Source: Thermoplasmata archaeon (lineage in GTDB: Archaea; Thermoplasmatota; Thermoplasmata; SG8-5). Taken from it: DNA of 43,721 nt. The position numbers and the translations under genes were made by a program. Positions within the stretch are counted from its first letter, which is position 1, and each line of letters begins with the position of its first letter. Of the stretch, positions 18,010-26,201 are shown in pieces. The stretch is from the NCBI GenBank assembly GCA_046485165.1, contig JAWOHM010000083.1, positions 1 through 43,721 on the forward strand, written 5' to 3'. The notes under the pieces are model-generated. The model had not been told where the DNA came from. It was given only the letters and a program-made list of their open reading frames with translations, and made no database searches.

Positions 18010-19251
18010 ATGGAATCAGATTCACTCAGGGAGGAAATGGCCGTTGCGGCCGGGAAACTAAATAAAACGGCGCTTGCCCAGTACCCTCTCTGCGATTCCT
18101 GCCTGGGGCGGCTCTTCGCAAAGGTCGGCAGGGGATTCGAGAACAGCGCCCGGGGTGCTTTGGCCAGGCAGTTTCTGTCGCCTGAGGCTGCCGATGGCTA
18201 TGACGCATGTTTCATCTGCAAGGGCGTGACCTCTAAGAAACCTCTCTACGCAGAACTGGCTATGGTCGCCCTGGGTGACTGGGAGCACTCGACATTTCTC
18301 ATAGGGACAAAGTTCGAGCCCGAGATTCTGGCGGCAGAAGAGACGGTCTGGTCCGAAACCGGTGCCGACCTCACCGAACCCATAAAGGCTGAGATGAACC
18401 GCGAAATTGGCAAGCTGGTCGAAAAAATGAGCGGCAAGCCCGCGGAGTTCCGGAAGCCGGACATCGTTGCCGTGGTGGATACCACTTATGAATCAGTAGA
18501 CGTGCAGGTCTCATCGCTTTACATCTATGGGAGATACCAGAAATTTTCCAGGGAGATACCGCAGACCCGATGGCCGTGCAGGGAGTGCCGGGGAAAGGGC
18601 TGCGAGCGCTGCAATGATACGGGAAAGATGTACTCGGACAGCGTCGAGGAATTCATCGGCCGCCCGGCTCTTGTTCTCACCGGCGGCAAGAACCACAGCT
18701 TCCACGGGATGGGGCGCGAAGACATAGACGCCCTGATGCTGGGCAACGGCAGGCCATTCGTCCTGGAGGTCAAGGAGCCGAGGGCCCGCACGATAGATCT
18801 TCGGGAGCTCAGGGAAAAGATTAACGCCTCCACCGACAAAGTGCAGGTGTCGGAACTCAGGATGTCCGATGGCGAAGAGGTCGTTCGGATCAAGGATGCC
18901 AGACATCAAAAGAGCTATCGCGCCAGAGTGACTTTCAGCACCCCCGTGAATGAGGAAAACCTTAAAGAAGTAGTTGTTTCTCTCGGTGGCACACGCATAG
19001 CGCAGCAGACCCCGAAAAGAGTGATGCACCGCCGCTCGGACCTGAACCGCGAAAGGGCGGTTGTGGATATCAAAGCCAGGTTGCTCAACCCGCTGGAGGC
19101 GGAGTTCGACATCCTCGCGGAGGCAGGTACATATATAAAGGAGTTCATCCATGGCGATGGAGGCCGCACCGTGCCCAGCATCGCCGAGCGATTGGGCGTG
19201 GGCTGCGAGGTCAGGGCGCTGGACGTCCTGAACATAATGGATAACGAATGA
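18010..19251 (+). CDS. pus10: tRNA pseudouridine synthase Pus10
   Basis: The N-terminal Zn-binding CDSCLGRLF...CFICKG is followed by a THUMP-like region and a second cluster CRECRGKGCERCNDTGK. The catalytic-domain strings GREDIDALMLGNGRPF and GTYIKEFIHGD are present. Length is 413 aa. Confidence 0.85.
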   Translation: MESDSLREEMAVAAGKLNKTALAQYPLCDSCLGRLFAKVGRGFENSARGALARQFLSPEAADGYDACFICKGVTSKKPLYAELAMVALGDWEHSTFLIGTKFEPEILAAEETVWSETGADLTEPIKAEMNREIGKLVEKMSGKPAEFRKPDIVAVVDTTYESVDVQVSSLYIYGRYQKFSREIPQTRWPCRECRGKGCERCNDTGKMYSDSVEEFIGRPALVLTGGKNHSFHGMGREDIDALMLGNGRPFVLEVKEPRARTIDLRELREKINASTDKVQVSELRMSDGEEVVRIKDARHQKSYRARVTFSTPVNEENLKEVVVSLGGTRIAQQTPKRVMHRRSDLNRERAVVDIKARLLNPLEAEFDILAEAGTYIKEFIHGDGGRTVPSIAERLGVGCEVRALDVLNIMDNE

Positions 19252-19260
19252 GGTGAATAC

Positions 19261-19554
19261 ATGGTGAAAAGCTCGAAAGGTATACGAAAGAGAACGCGGA
19301 ACATACTCAGAAAGAGCCCGCGGCATAGAGGCATGCCGCCAATAACCCATTCGTTCATCACGTACGAGGAAGGGGACAAGGCCGCCGTGGTCATTGACCC
19401 CAGCGTCCACAGCGGCCAGCCCCACGTGAGTTTTCAGGGGCATACTGGCACGGTTGTCGGGAAACAGGGAAAGGCATACATCCTGCATCTGAACATCGGG
19501 AAGCACGGAAAGGACATCATCGTGGGCCCGGAGCATATGAGAAAGCAGGGTTGA
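19261..19554 (+). CDS. rpl21e: 50S ribosomal protein L21e
   Basis: SKGIRKRTRNILRK...GDKAAVVIDPSVH.G.PH..F.G.TG.V. It is 97 aa and sits at the head of the conserved archaeal L21e-Rpo4-DUF655 cluster. Confidence 0.9.
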   Translation: MVKSSKGIRKRTRNILRKSPRHRGMPPITHSFITYEEGDKAAVVIDPSVHSGQPHVSFQGHTGTVVGKQGKAYILHLNIGKHGKDIIVGPEHMRKQG

Positions 19555-19567
19555 TGGGGGAGTTCGA

Positions 19568-19885
19568 ATGGCCGAGCAATATTTGACACTTGCAGAGATA
19601 AAGGAGTTACTCTTGAAGGAGCAGTCCACCAGGATTTTGACCCTGGAGCAGAACTACGCCTTGGAGCATGCCACCAAATTCGCCAAGCTGGATGCGAAAG
19701 AGTCAAGAAAACTCGTCAAAGAATTGATGAAGATTGAAAACGTGGGCGAACCAGTCGCCTGCAAGATTGTGGACCTCATGCCAGTGCACAGGGACGAGGT
19801 GGATTCCATATTCCTCAAGGAGCGGATGACCCTTGACGAAGCTGCATTATCTCAGATACTGGATACGGTGAAGCAGTACCTATAG
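19568..19885 (+). CDS. rpoF: DNA-directed RNA polymerase subunit Rpo4 (F)
   Basis: This 105-aa helical protein follows rpl21e directly, in the conserved archaeal gene order. The sequence pattern LTLAEIKELL...KLVKELMKIE...ACKIVDLMP fits Rpo4. Confidence 0.75.
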   Translation: MAEQYLTLAEIKELLLKEQSTRILTLEQNYALEHATKFAKLDAKESRKLVKELMKIENVGEPVACKIVDLMPVHRDEVDSIFLKERMTLDEAALSQILDTVKQYL

Positions 19886-19893
19886 GTGATTTC

Positions 19894-20442
19894 TTGGAAG
19901 ATTATGCGTACATACTTGATTATTTGCCCCAAGGGCGGTCTGACCAGCGCGGGTTCCACAGGGAGCCGATCGCGTATGCCCTGGGCGACATGGAATTCAA
20001 GCTGTTCGAGCTCACGCCCAAGGAAAACATCAACCTCAGCATCGGGGAGAGGGTGTACATCGGCAAGGATGTGAAACTGAGGGATGCCATACTCCACGTT
20101 AAGAGGCGCGTCAGGTATGAGGATCTCACCAATGCATCCCACAGCGAACTGCCCTTCGTGATACAGGAGATTGTCATTGCCAGGGAGAAGGACTTCGTCA
20201 AATTCTTCAACGATGCCAGGGCCATCACCACGCGGTTCCACATGCTTGAGCTCCTGCCCGGCCTGGGCAAGAAATCAATGTGGGCCGTGATTGACGAGAG
20301 AAAGAAGAAGCCCTTCGAATCCTTCAAGGATCTGGGAGTGAGGGTCACATCCCTCCACAAGCCGGAGAAGCTCGTCGCCAAGCGCATCGAGGCAGAACTG
20401 GCAGAGGCAGAGCAGAAGTATCATATATTCGTTGCAAAATAG
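19894..20442 (+). CDS. DUF655 family protein (OB fold plus helix-hairpin-helix, nucleic-acid binding)
   Basis: EDYAYILDYLPQGR is the typical N-terminus, and LELLPGLGKKSMWAVIDERKKKPFESFKDL is an HhH-like segment. It holds the conserved position after rpoF. Confidence 0.8.
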   Translation: MEDYAYILDYLPQGRSDQRGFHREPIAYALGDMEFKLFELTPKENINLSIGERVYIGKDVKLRDAILHVKRRVRYEDLTNASHSELPFVIQEIVIAREKDFVKFFNDARAITTRFHMLELLPGLGKKSMWAVIDERKKKPFESFKDLGVRVTSLHKPEKLVAKRIEAELAEAEQKYHIFVAK

Positions 20443-20454
20443 GGAGATAATAGA

Positions 20455-20724
20455 ATGAAAACAAAAGGAACTTGCAAAGGCTGTGAACGCAGAAGGATAA
20501 TCAATATTTTCGGATTGTGCAAGCGTTGCAACAAGGAACCGTCAAGGTTCCTGAGCCAGGCCGAGATCGCTAAGATTCAGGCAGAGGCGGCAGCGGCGGC
20601 GGCAGCAGCAAAGGCAATGGAAGCCGAGGAAGCAGCAGCAGAGGCAGCCAAGGCGGCGGCCGCAGCAGCAGAGGCACCGGCGGAAGGCGGCGAGGCAAAG
20701 CCCGAGGAAAAGAAGGACGAATAG
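20455..20724 (+). CDS. Small Zn-ribbon protein with a poly-Ala/Glu low-complexity tail (hypothetical)
   Basis: CKGC-x13-CKRC is followed by AEAAAAAAAAKAMEAEEAAAEAAKAAAAAAEAPAEGGEAKPEEKKDE. SD-like GGGAGA lies upstream. Coding status is plausible but unproven. Confidence 0.5.
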   Translation: MKTKGTCKGCERRRIINIFGLCKRCNKEPSRFLSQAEIAKIQAEAAAAAAAAKAMEAEEAAAEAAKAAAAAAEAPAEGGEAKPEEKKDE

Positions 20725-20832
20725 GCAAGCAGCCGGTTCGAAGCATCGTCGCGGTGCATTGCCAATGCTGAACAGATGCAATGACCAAATCCCTTATATT
20801 GCCCCACACCATTTCCAATAGGGAGAATAGAT

Positions 20833-22116
20833 ATGCTGGACATAAAACTGGTTCGCGACAGCCCGGACATTGTGAGGCAGAACCTGGGCAAGCGCAACGA
20901 TAATGCCAAGATGGAGATGCTGGAAGAGCTCATCCAGAAGGACCTGCAATGGCGCCGGAGCCTCGAGAAGGCCAACACCCTGAAGGCCGAGCGCAATGCC
21001 CTTTCCAAGAAGATTGCAGAGACGAAGAAGGCAGGCGGGGACGCGGCCGAATTGCTTGCACGCAGCGCCCAGATACCCGAAGACATCGCCGCCCTCGACA
21101 AAGAGACCCAGGCCCTGAAATCCCGCGTTGATGAGATACTCATGCGCCTCCCCAATCTTCTCCATGACAGCGTGCCTGTTGGCGCGGACGACTCCAACAA
21201 CGTGGTCGTGAGGACCTGGGGCAAGCCCCGCGAGGTGGATTTCGAATTGAAGAGCCACGGGGACCTCGCAGAGTCAGCCGGTCTCGCGGACTTCGACAGG
21301 GCCACCCGAATAGCGGGTTCAGGATTCAATTATCTCAAAGGCGACCTGGCCCGTTTGGACCTGGCGCTCGTCAACTATGCCGTGAATTTCCTCGTGGAGA
21401 AGGAATTCATGGTCATAGAGCCCCCATTCATGATGCGGCGCTCCGCTTACGAGGGCGTCACCGACCTGGGGGACTTCGAGCAGGTCATGTACAAGATAGA
21501 GGGCGAGGACCTTTACCTGATAGCCACATCCGAACATCCCATGGCTGCCATGTTCATGGGCGAGATCATCGACGAGGACCTGCTGCCCCTCAAGTTCGTT
21601 GGCTTCTCTCCGTGCTTCAGGCGGGAGATCGGCGCCCATGGCGTGGACACGAGAGGCCTTTTCCGCATGCACCAGTTCAACAAGGTGGAGCAGTTCGTGT
21701 TCTGCAGGCCCGATGATTCCTGGGCAATGCATGAGGAACTGCAGGCCAACACGGAGGCAATGTTTCAGAATCTTGGTTTGCCCTACCGCGTGGTGAACGT
21801 CTGCACCGGCGACATCGGCACCCTGGCCGCCAAGAAGTACGATATCGAGGTCTGGTTCCCCAGGCAGGGCAGGTTCGGCGAGGTCACTTCCTGCTCCAAC
21901 GATACGGACTATCAAGCCAGGCGCCTGAACATCAGGTGCGGGAAGCACGGTTCCGATAAAAAATCGGTGCCCCACACCCTGAACAACACCGCCATCGCCA
22001 CATCAAGGACCATGGTCGCCATACTGGAGAACTGCCAGAATGCGGACGGCACTGTGACGGTTCCGAAAGTTCTGAGGCCGTACATGGGTGGAAAGCAGAC
22101 CATCGGCGCCCCTTGA
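20833..22116 (+). CDS. serS: Seryl-tRNA synthetase
   Basis: An N-terminal coiled-coil arm (MLDIKLVR...) is followed by class II motifs FRREIGAHG.DTRGLFR.HQF.KVE and TLNNTAIATSR. Length is 427 aa. Confidence 0.92.
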   Translation: MLDIKLVRDSPDIVRQNLGKRNDNAKMEMLEELIQKDLQWRRSLEKANTLKAERNALSKKIAETKKAGGDAAELLARSAQIPEDIAALDKETQALKSRVDEILMRLPNLLHDSVPVGADDSNNVVVRTWGKPREVDFELKSHGDLAESAGLADFDRATRIAGSGFNYLKGDLARLDLALVNYAVNFLVEKEFMVIEPPFMMRRSAYEGVTDLGDFEQVMYKIEGEDLYLIATSEHPMAAMFMGEIIDEDLLPLKFVGFSPCFRREIGAHGVDTRGLFRMHQFNKVEQFVFCRPDDSWAMHEELQANTEAMFQNLGLPYRVVNVCTGDIGTLAAKKYDIEVWFPRQGRFGEVTSCSNDTDYQARRLNIRCGKHGSDKKSVPHTLNNTAIATSRTMVAILENCQNADGTVTVPKVLRPYMGGKQTIGAP

Positions 22117-22164
22117 TAACCTGTATGCGCAATCCTTATGTATCCCTAGATTTTCCGAACCCTC

Positions 22165-23100
22165 ATGGCAGAAGATGTGATAACAGTCAAGGACCTCGTC
22201 AAGGTCTATGATGATGTTCGTGCAGTGGACGGCATAACATTCTCGGTCGAAAAGGGCGAGGTATTCGCTTTCTTGGGCCCCAACGGCGCCGGGAAGACAA
22301 CCACCGTGGAGATGATAGAGACCATACGCACCCCCACATCCGGCGCCATCGGCATTCTGGACAAGGACATCAAGAAGGACCGCATGGAGATTCTGAGGCG
22401 CATCGGCGTCCTGCCGCAGGAGTTCAGCTCGTTCGACCGCCTGACCGTGGAGGAGACGTTGAAGTACTATGCCGACCTCTTCGAGGCGAAATGCGATATA
22501 GACAGGCTCATCAAGCTGGTGAATCTGGAGGACCAGAGGAAGAAGCTGTACAAAACCTTGTCCGGCGGCCTGAAGCAGAGGGTCGGCATCGCAGTCGCGC
22601 TGGTCAATAATCCCGAGATAGTGTTCCTGGACGAGCCGACTACCGGGCTCGACCCGCGCGCCAGGCACGACGTCTGGGAAGTGATAAAGGGCCTGAGGAA
22701 GGAGGGAAAGACAATCTTTCTCACCACCCATTACATGGAGGAGGCGGAGGTGCTGGCAGATTATATAGGCATCATATCCAAGGGCAGGATAATCGCCTAC
22801 GGGACCACGACCGAACTCATTGACAAGCACTTCAAGACAGTCAAGGTGACGATAAAGGGCGGCACCGGGGGCGTGGACGCACTGGCAAGGAAGATGGGCA
22901 TGCCAATCCAGTCGATGGACAACGGCAACATCACGATTGAGGCAAACGGCAACGACCAGATAGTCGAGTTCCTGAACGCGCTGAAATCAAACAATATCTC
23001 TTACCTTGGCATGGATATCAGAAAACCCAACCTGGAGGAGCTGTTCCTGGCATTGACCGGCGAGCAATTGGTCCAGGCGGAAAAGGAGGTGCAGAAATGA
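22165..23100 (+). CDS. ABC transporter ATP-binding protein (ABC-2/DrrA-like)
   Basis: Walker A GPNGAGKTT, signature LSGGLKQR, Walker B IVFLDEPTTGLD and H-loop TTHYMEEA. Confidence 0.9.
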   Translation: MAEDVITVKDLVKVYDDVRAVDGITFSVEKGEVFAFLGPNGAGKTTTVEMIETIRTPTSGAIGILDKDIKKDRMEILRRIGVLPQEFSSFDRLTVEETLKYYADLFEAKCDIDRLIKLVNLEDQRKKLYKTLSGGLKQRVGIAVALVNNPEIVFLDEPTTGLDPRARHDVWEVIKGLRKEGKTIFLTTHYMEEAEVLADYIGIISKGRIIAYGTTTELIDKHFKTVKVTIKGGTGGVDALARKMGMPIQSMDNGNITIEANGNDQIVEFLNALKSNNISYLGMDIRKPNLEELFLALTGEQLVQAEKEVQK

Positions 23101-24206
23101 ATTTCAAGAGAGTGCTGGCCAACCTGACCGTTCATCTCAAGCAATTCTCAAGGGAGAAGAGCACGATTTTCTTCGTGCTGCTGTTCCCCATCCTGCTGAT
23201 GGTCCTTTTCGGATTCATATTCTCGGACATGGGCAGCAGCATGGGCACCCTTGTTGTCCAGAACATGGACGGAGGAATCCATGGGGACATGCTTGTTTCC
23301 ACCCTGAATGACACGGGCCTGTTCATTATGGTGGAGGTTGACCCGGCACTCGATTCGGATCAGTACTTCCGTGACAACAAGCTCAATCTCCTGGTGATTA
23401 TTCCGGCGGGCTATTCTGATGCAATCAATGCCAAACTGATGGATGCCAGCAACCCCCAGTCCAATATCACCATGCTCTATGACCAGGGCAATTCCTACGC
23501 CCAGACCAAGATTTCCGTGGTGTCCTCGGTGATAGGCGGGATGAACAAGGGCCTTTCCGGCTCCGTGGATTACATCGGCATCGAGATGGAAGGCACCCAG
23601 AACGAGCAATTCGAGTTCATTGACTTCTTCGCCCCCGGCATCATAGCCATGTCCGTCATGACCACCTGCCTCTTCGGCACTGTCGGAATGAACACCGAGC
23701 TGCGGCAGAAGGGCATACTGAAGAAGCTTGCCACCACGCCTCTCACCCGTTCGGAATGGTTGATATCCAACATCCTGTACCAGCTGTTCATGTCCCTGAT
23801 ATCCACCGCTTGCATACTTGCGGTCGGCATGGTGGTGTTCGGTTTGCGACCGCACATCAACATCTACATGTTCGTCTTTATCCTGCTCTGCGTCTTCAGC
23901 TTCTCCGGCATCGGCATGCTCATCACCCGGTACGTGAAGGAGGCGGAATCCGCCCAGGCCGCGGCAAATGCGGTCATGTTCCCCATGATGTTCCTGTCAG
24001 GCACGTTCTTCCAGCTGGAGATGATGCCTGGATTCCTGCAGACCTTCGCAAAGTTCCTTCCACTGTATTACGTCAACGAAGGCCTGCGCGCATCGATGAT
24101 ATCCCTCGATATGAACGTGATACTGGAATCGGCCCTGGTCATAGGCGTGTTCGGGATAGTTGTATTCGTTATGGGCGTGTTCCTGACGGACTGGAAGGAA
24201 AACTGA
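23097..24206 (+). CDS. ABC-2 type transporter permease
   Basis: It overlaps the ATPase stop by 4 nt (ATGA). It has an N-terminal TM helix, a large loop and about 5 C-terminal TM helices typical of ABC-2 permeases. Confidence 0.8.
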   Translation: MNFKRVLANLTVHLKQFSREKSTIFFVLLFPILLMVLFGFIFSDMGSSMGTLVVQNMDGGIHGDMLVSTLNDTGLFIMVEVDPALDSDQYFRDNKLNLLVIIPAGYSDAINAKLMDASNPQSNITMLYDQGNSYAQTKISVVSSVIGGMNKGLSGSVDYIGIEMEGTQNEQFEFIDFFAPGIIAMSVMTTCLFGTVGMNTELRQKGILKKLATTPLTRSEWLISNILYQLFMSLISTACILAVGMVVFGLRPHINIYMFVFILLCVFSFSGIGMLITRYVKEAESAQAAANAVMFPMMFLSGTFFQLEMMPGFLQTFAKFLPLYYVNEGLRASMISLDMNVILESALVIGVFGIVVFVMGVFLTDWKEN

Positions 24207-24250
24207 GGAGATGGCAAGGCCCAGTTCATCCTTGCCAGCGTATTCAAACG

Positions 24251-24670
24251 GCATGCCCCGCCTGTACGAACTTTGTAGTACCCCATTGATGTGCTAACAT
24301 CAAAGTGAGTGAGACGATAAGTCTCCTGGCTTTTACCCAGGCTTATCGTTGTACGAGGATTGTAGCTCAGAGGCAATTTATGAACATCAATCCGAGCCAG
24401 ACGAGGCACAGCCTCGTCCTTTCTCAGCCTGAGGGCTTCGAGCAAGCCGAATTGCGCACAATTCGGCGACGAGGGCGGGGTCTGGAAGCATTTTATCAAC
24501 GAGTGCGAATGTCCAACCATTCTGAGGCATTTTCCAAACCCTATTTTGGGAAGCCCCGCCTGATATTTTCTCTACATTTTATTAGGGCGGGGAGGAAAGG
24601 TACTCGCCCCGCGTCTCGAATGCGGGGCGAAACTTGTTGCGCGGATCTGGCATGGGTGCTTTTCTCTCAT
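24251..24670 (+). repeat. Copy A of a hairpin-rich noncoding element, carrying a 205-nt insertion (24266-24470)
   Basis: GCATGCCCCGCCTGT (24251-24265) is identical to 27748-27762. GAGGGCGGGG (24471-24480) equals 27763-27772. From there to about 24670 it aligns with 27763 to about 27941, including GTGCGAATGTCC..CATTCTG and GGTACTCGCCCCGC-N9-GCGGGGCGAAACT..GCGGATCTGGCA. Confidence 0.8.
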
Positions 24671-24796
24671 CCTTCGCGTTGCAGGAGGGCCTGTGGGCGC
24701 GAACTGGGCTAATGATTGTTTTGGCCAGTTCGTCGAAGTTTCATTTGATATTGTTTCTGGAAACTTCGGAATGCATGATAAATCGGGTCTGCTTTG

Positions 24797-24887
24797 AAGT
24801 ATAGACCAAGCTTTGCTATATTTTATATAATCATATCCAATCGGATATAGCAGTAACAGGGCCTGTGGGCTAGCTTGGTCTATACTT
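24797..24887. repeat. 91-nt composite palindrome in an AT-rich noncoding block
   Basis: A 16-bp inverted repeat AAGTATAGACCAAGCT (24797-24812) pairs with AGCTTGGTCTATACTT (24872-24887). Nested inside are GCTATAT/ATATAGC (24815-24821, 24845-24851) and ATATCC-aatc-GGATAT (24833-24848). Confidence 0.85.
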
Positions 24888-25163
24888 GTTGCTTTGGGAG
24901 CAATAGACCCCAGTTCAAACGGCACATTCCAACGGATGTGCCTTGAAAATCTGGGCAGGCCCATTAATTTTTAACAAGTAATGTTAAAAATATTGGGATT
25001 GGGGGAACACGCAGGAAAAATCAATAATGACCGGTATCCGTAGAACAGCGAATGAAAACAGAATACTGGCTGAGCTGTTCGCGCCCACGAACCCCGTTAC
25101 AGCAGCATAACTTTATAATTCGAGTTGTTTTGTAATATGGCGGATACATCGGAGGAATATTAA

Positions 25164-25289
25164 ATGAAATGTCTGTGTGGAAATATACTTAAATGGGTAG
25201 TCAAGGACAAATGGATTTGCGATGTGTGTAACAGAGAATATACTACCGCGGAACTAGAGGCTAAGGAAAAAAGTGTTAAGGAACAATAA
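25164..25289 (+). CDS. Untracked 41-aa Zn-ribbon ORF (MKCLCGNILKWVVKDKWICDVCNREYTTAELEAKEKSVKEQ)
   Basis: I translated it codon by codon. GGAGG lies 8 nt upstream of the ATG. The Cys pattern is CxC-x13-CxxC and the stop is TAA 25287-25289. It is below the 60-aa track cutoff and sits in the AT-rich block. Confidence 0.45.
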   Translation: MKCLCGNILKWVVKDKWICDVCNREYTTAELEAKEKSVKEQ

Positions 25290-25327
25290 ATGCAAAGCCT
25301 AAATACACCGGCGCCATTCTAGTTCCC

Positions 25328-25951
25328 ATGACCTCCGGCTTCATCACCCTCGAAGGCATAGACGGCTGCGGAAAATCGGTGCTGGCCAAGATCATAGTCG
25401 GCCGCCTGAGAGGCGCCGGCATGAGGGTCACCCAGACAAGGGAGCCAACCAGGTCCTGGCTGGGCGGAGCGGTGCGCCGCAGCTACCGGGAGGAGATAAG
25501 CCCCTACACGGAGGCATTCCTGTTTCTTGCCGACCGCGCGACCCACACCCTCTGGATAAAGGAGCAGATGGCCCTGGGCAAGGTCGTTGTGTGCGACCGG
25601 TACTCGGACTCAACGGTCGCCTATCAGGCCGCTTTGCTCCACCAGAAGCTGGGCGGGGACACCGATGAATACATGAGATGGCTGCTGGACATGAGCAGGC
25701 CGGCGATAATTCCGCCGGACATCACGTTGCTTCTGGACGTTGATCCGAAAGTATCGCTGAAACGGCTCAAGAGCCGGAAGGAGATGGAGAAGTTCGAGAC
25801 CCTGGAGAACCTGAGACAGGTCAGGAGAAATTATCTGGAACTGGCCAGGATGGACGGCCGGATAAAAATCATAGACGCCTCGAAATCCATAACCGATGTG
25901 AAGGAGCAGGTCTTCACGGTGCTGGGGCAGCACTTCGGCATTGAGTTGTGA
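25328..25951 (+). CDS. tmk: Thymidylate kinase
   Basis: The P-loop ITLEGIDGCGKS, DRY-like CDRYSDST and the LID region are present. Length is 207 aa. Confidence 0.9.
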   Translation: MTSGFITLEGIDGCGKSVLAKIIVGRLRGAGMRVTQTREPTRSWLGGAVRRSYREEISPYTEAFLFLADRATHTLWIKEQMALGKVVVCDRYSDSTVAYQAALLHQKLGGDTDEYMRWLLDMSRPAIIPPDITLLLDVDPKVSLKRLKSRKEMEKFETLENLRQVRRNYLELARMDGRIKIIDASKSITDVKEQVFTVLGQHFGIEL

Positions 25952-26201
25952 AATCAGATCTCAAGATCCTCATCATCGGGCACTGTTGCACAGGTGGAGA
26001 ATGCGAAGCATTGCCCAAGCGTTTCCTCAGAATCGCCCCTCAGCCCAAGAGTTCATTCATCACGTCTCCCGACATGTGCTTTCCGGATAAAAACCCCCCC
26101 GGTGCGCATTGCATCGGAATGTGGCAGAAATTCTTTATACATCCCCACATTATCAGGTTTAACAATTTCACAAGTATTATTCCCGCAAGGGGGGCAATCG
26201 C

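Noticed and set aside
18511-19629. 372-aa minus-strand ORF
   Set aside because: It is fully antisense to pus10 and rpl21e, both of which have strong family motifs. The translation has no recognisable features.
20577-21329. 250-aa minus-strand ORF, with 20542..20781 and 20570..20818
   Set aside because: It is antisense to serS and to the GCN-repeat tail of the Zn-ribbon gene. The Ala/Ser/Arg-rich product is a codon-repeat artefact.
22003-22830. 275-aa minus-strand ORF
   Set aside because: It is antisense to the ABC ATPase, which carries Walker A, Walker B and signature motifs. It has no motifs of its own.
24266-24470. Archaeal bulge-helix-bulge intron as the explanation for the 205-nt insert
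   Set aside because: With TGT and GAG as the bulges, a canonical BHB needs a 4-bp central helix. The nucleotides following the 5' junction (ACGA) and preceding the 3' stem (CGAG) are not complementary.
24340-24480. tRNA-like gene suggested by TGTAGCTCAGAGG
   Set aside because: There is no matching D-stem return (GAGC), no T-arm GTTCRANYC and no acceptor pairing, so a cloverleaf cannot be drawn.
24305-24712. ORFs 24305..24712 (135 aa) and 27679..28104 (141 aa), which share peptide strings such as GTRPASR.RGET..ADLA
   Set aside because: The similarity is explained by the nucleotide repeat. Both frames run straight through GC hairpins and terminator-like structures. They have no SD or start context, and the products are Arg/Cys-rich. 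I treat them as noncoding.
24700-25100. Chromosomal oriC call
   Set aside because: The AT-rich DNA and inverted repeats are suggestive. However, there is no orc1/cdc6 gene adjacent, no repeated ORB-like consensus in multiple copies, and skew cannot be assessed from one window. I kept it as a hypothesis in the findings only.
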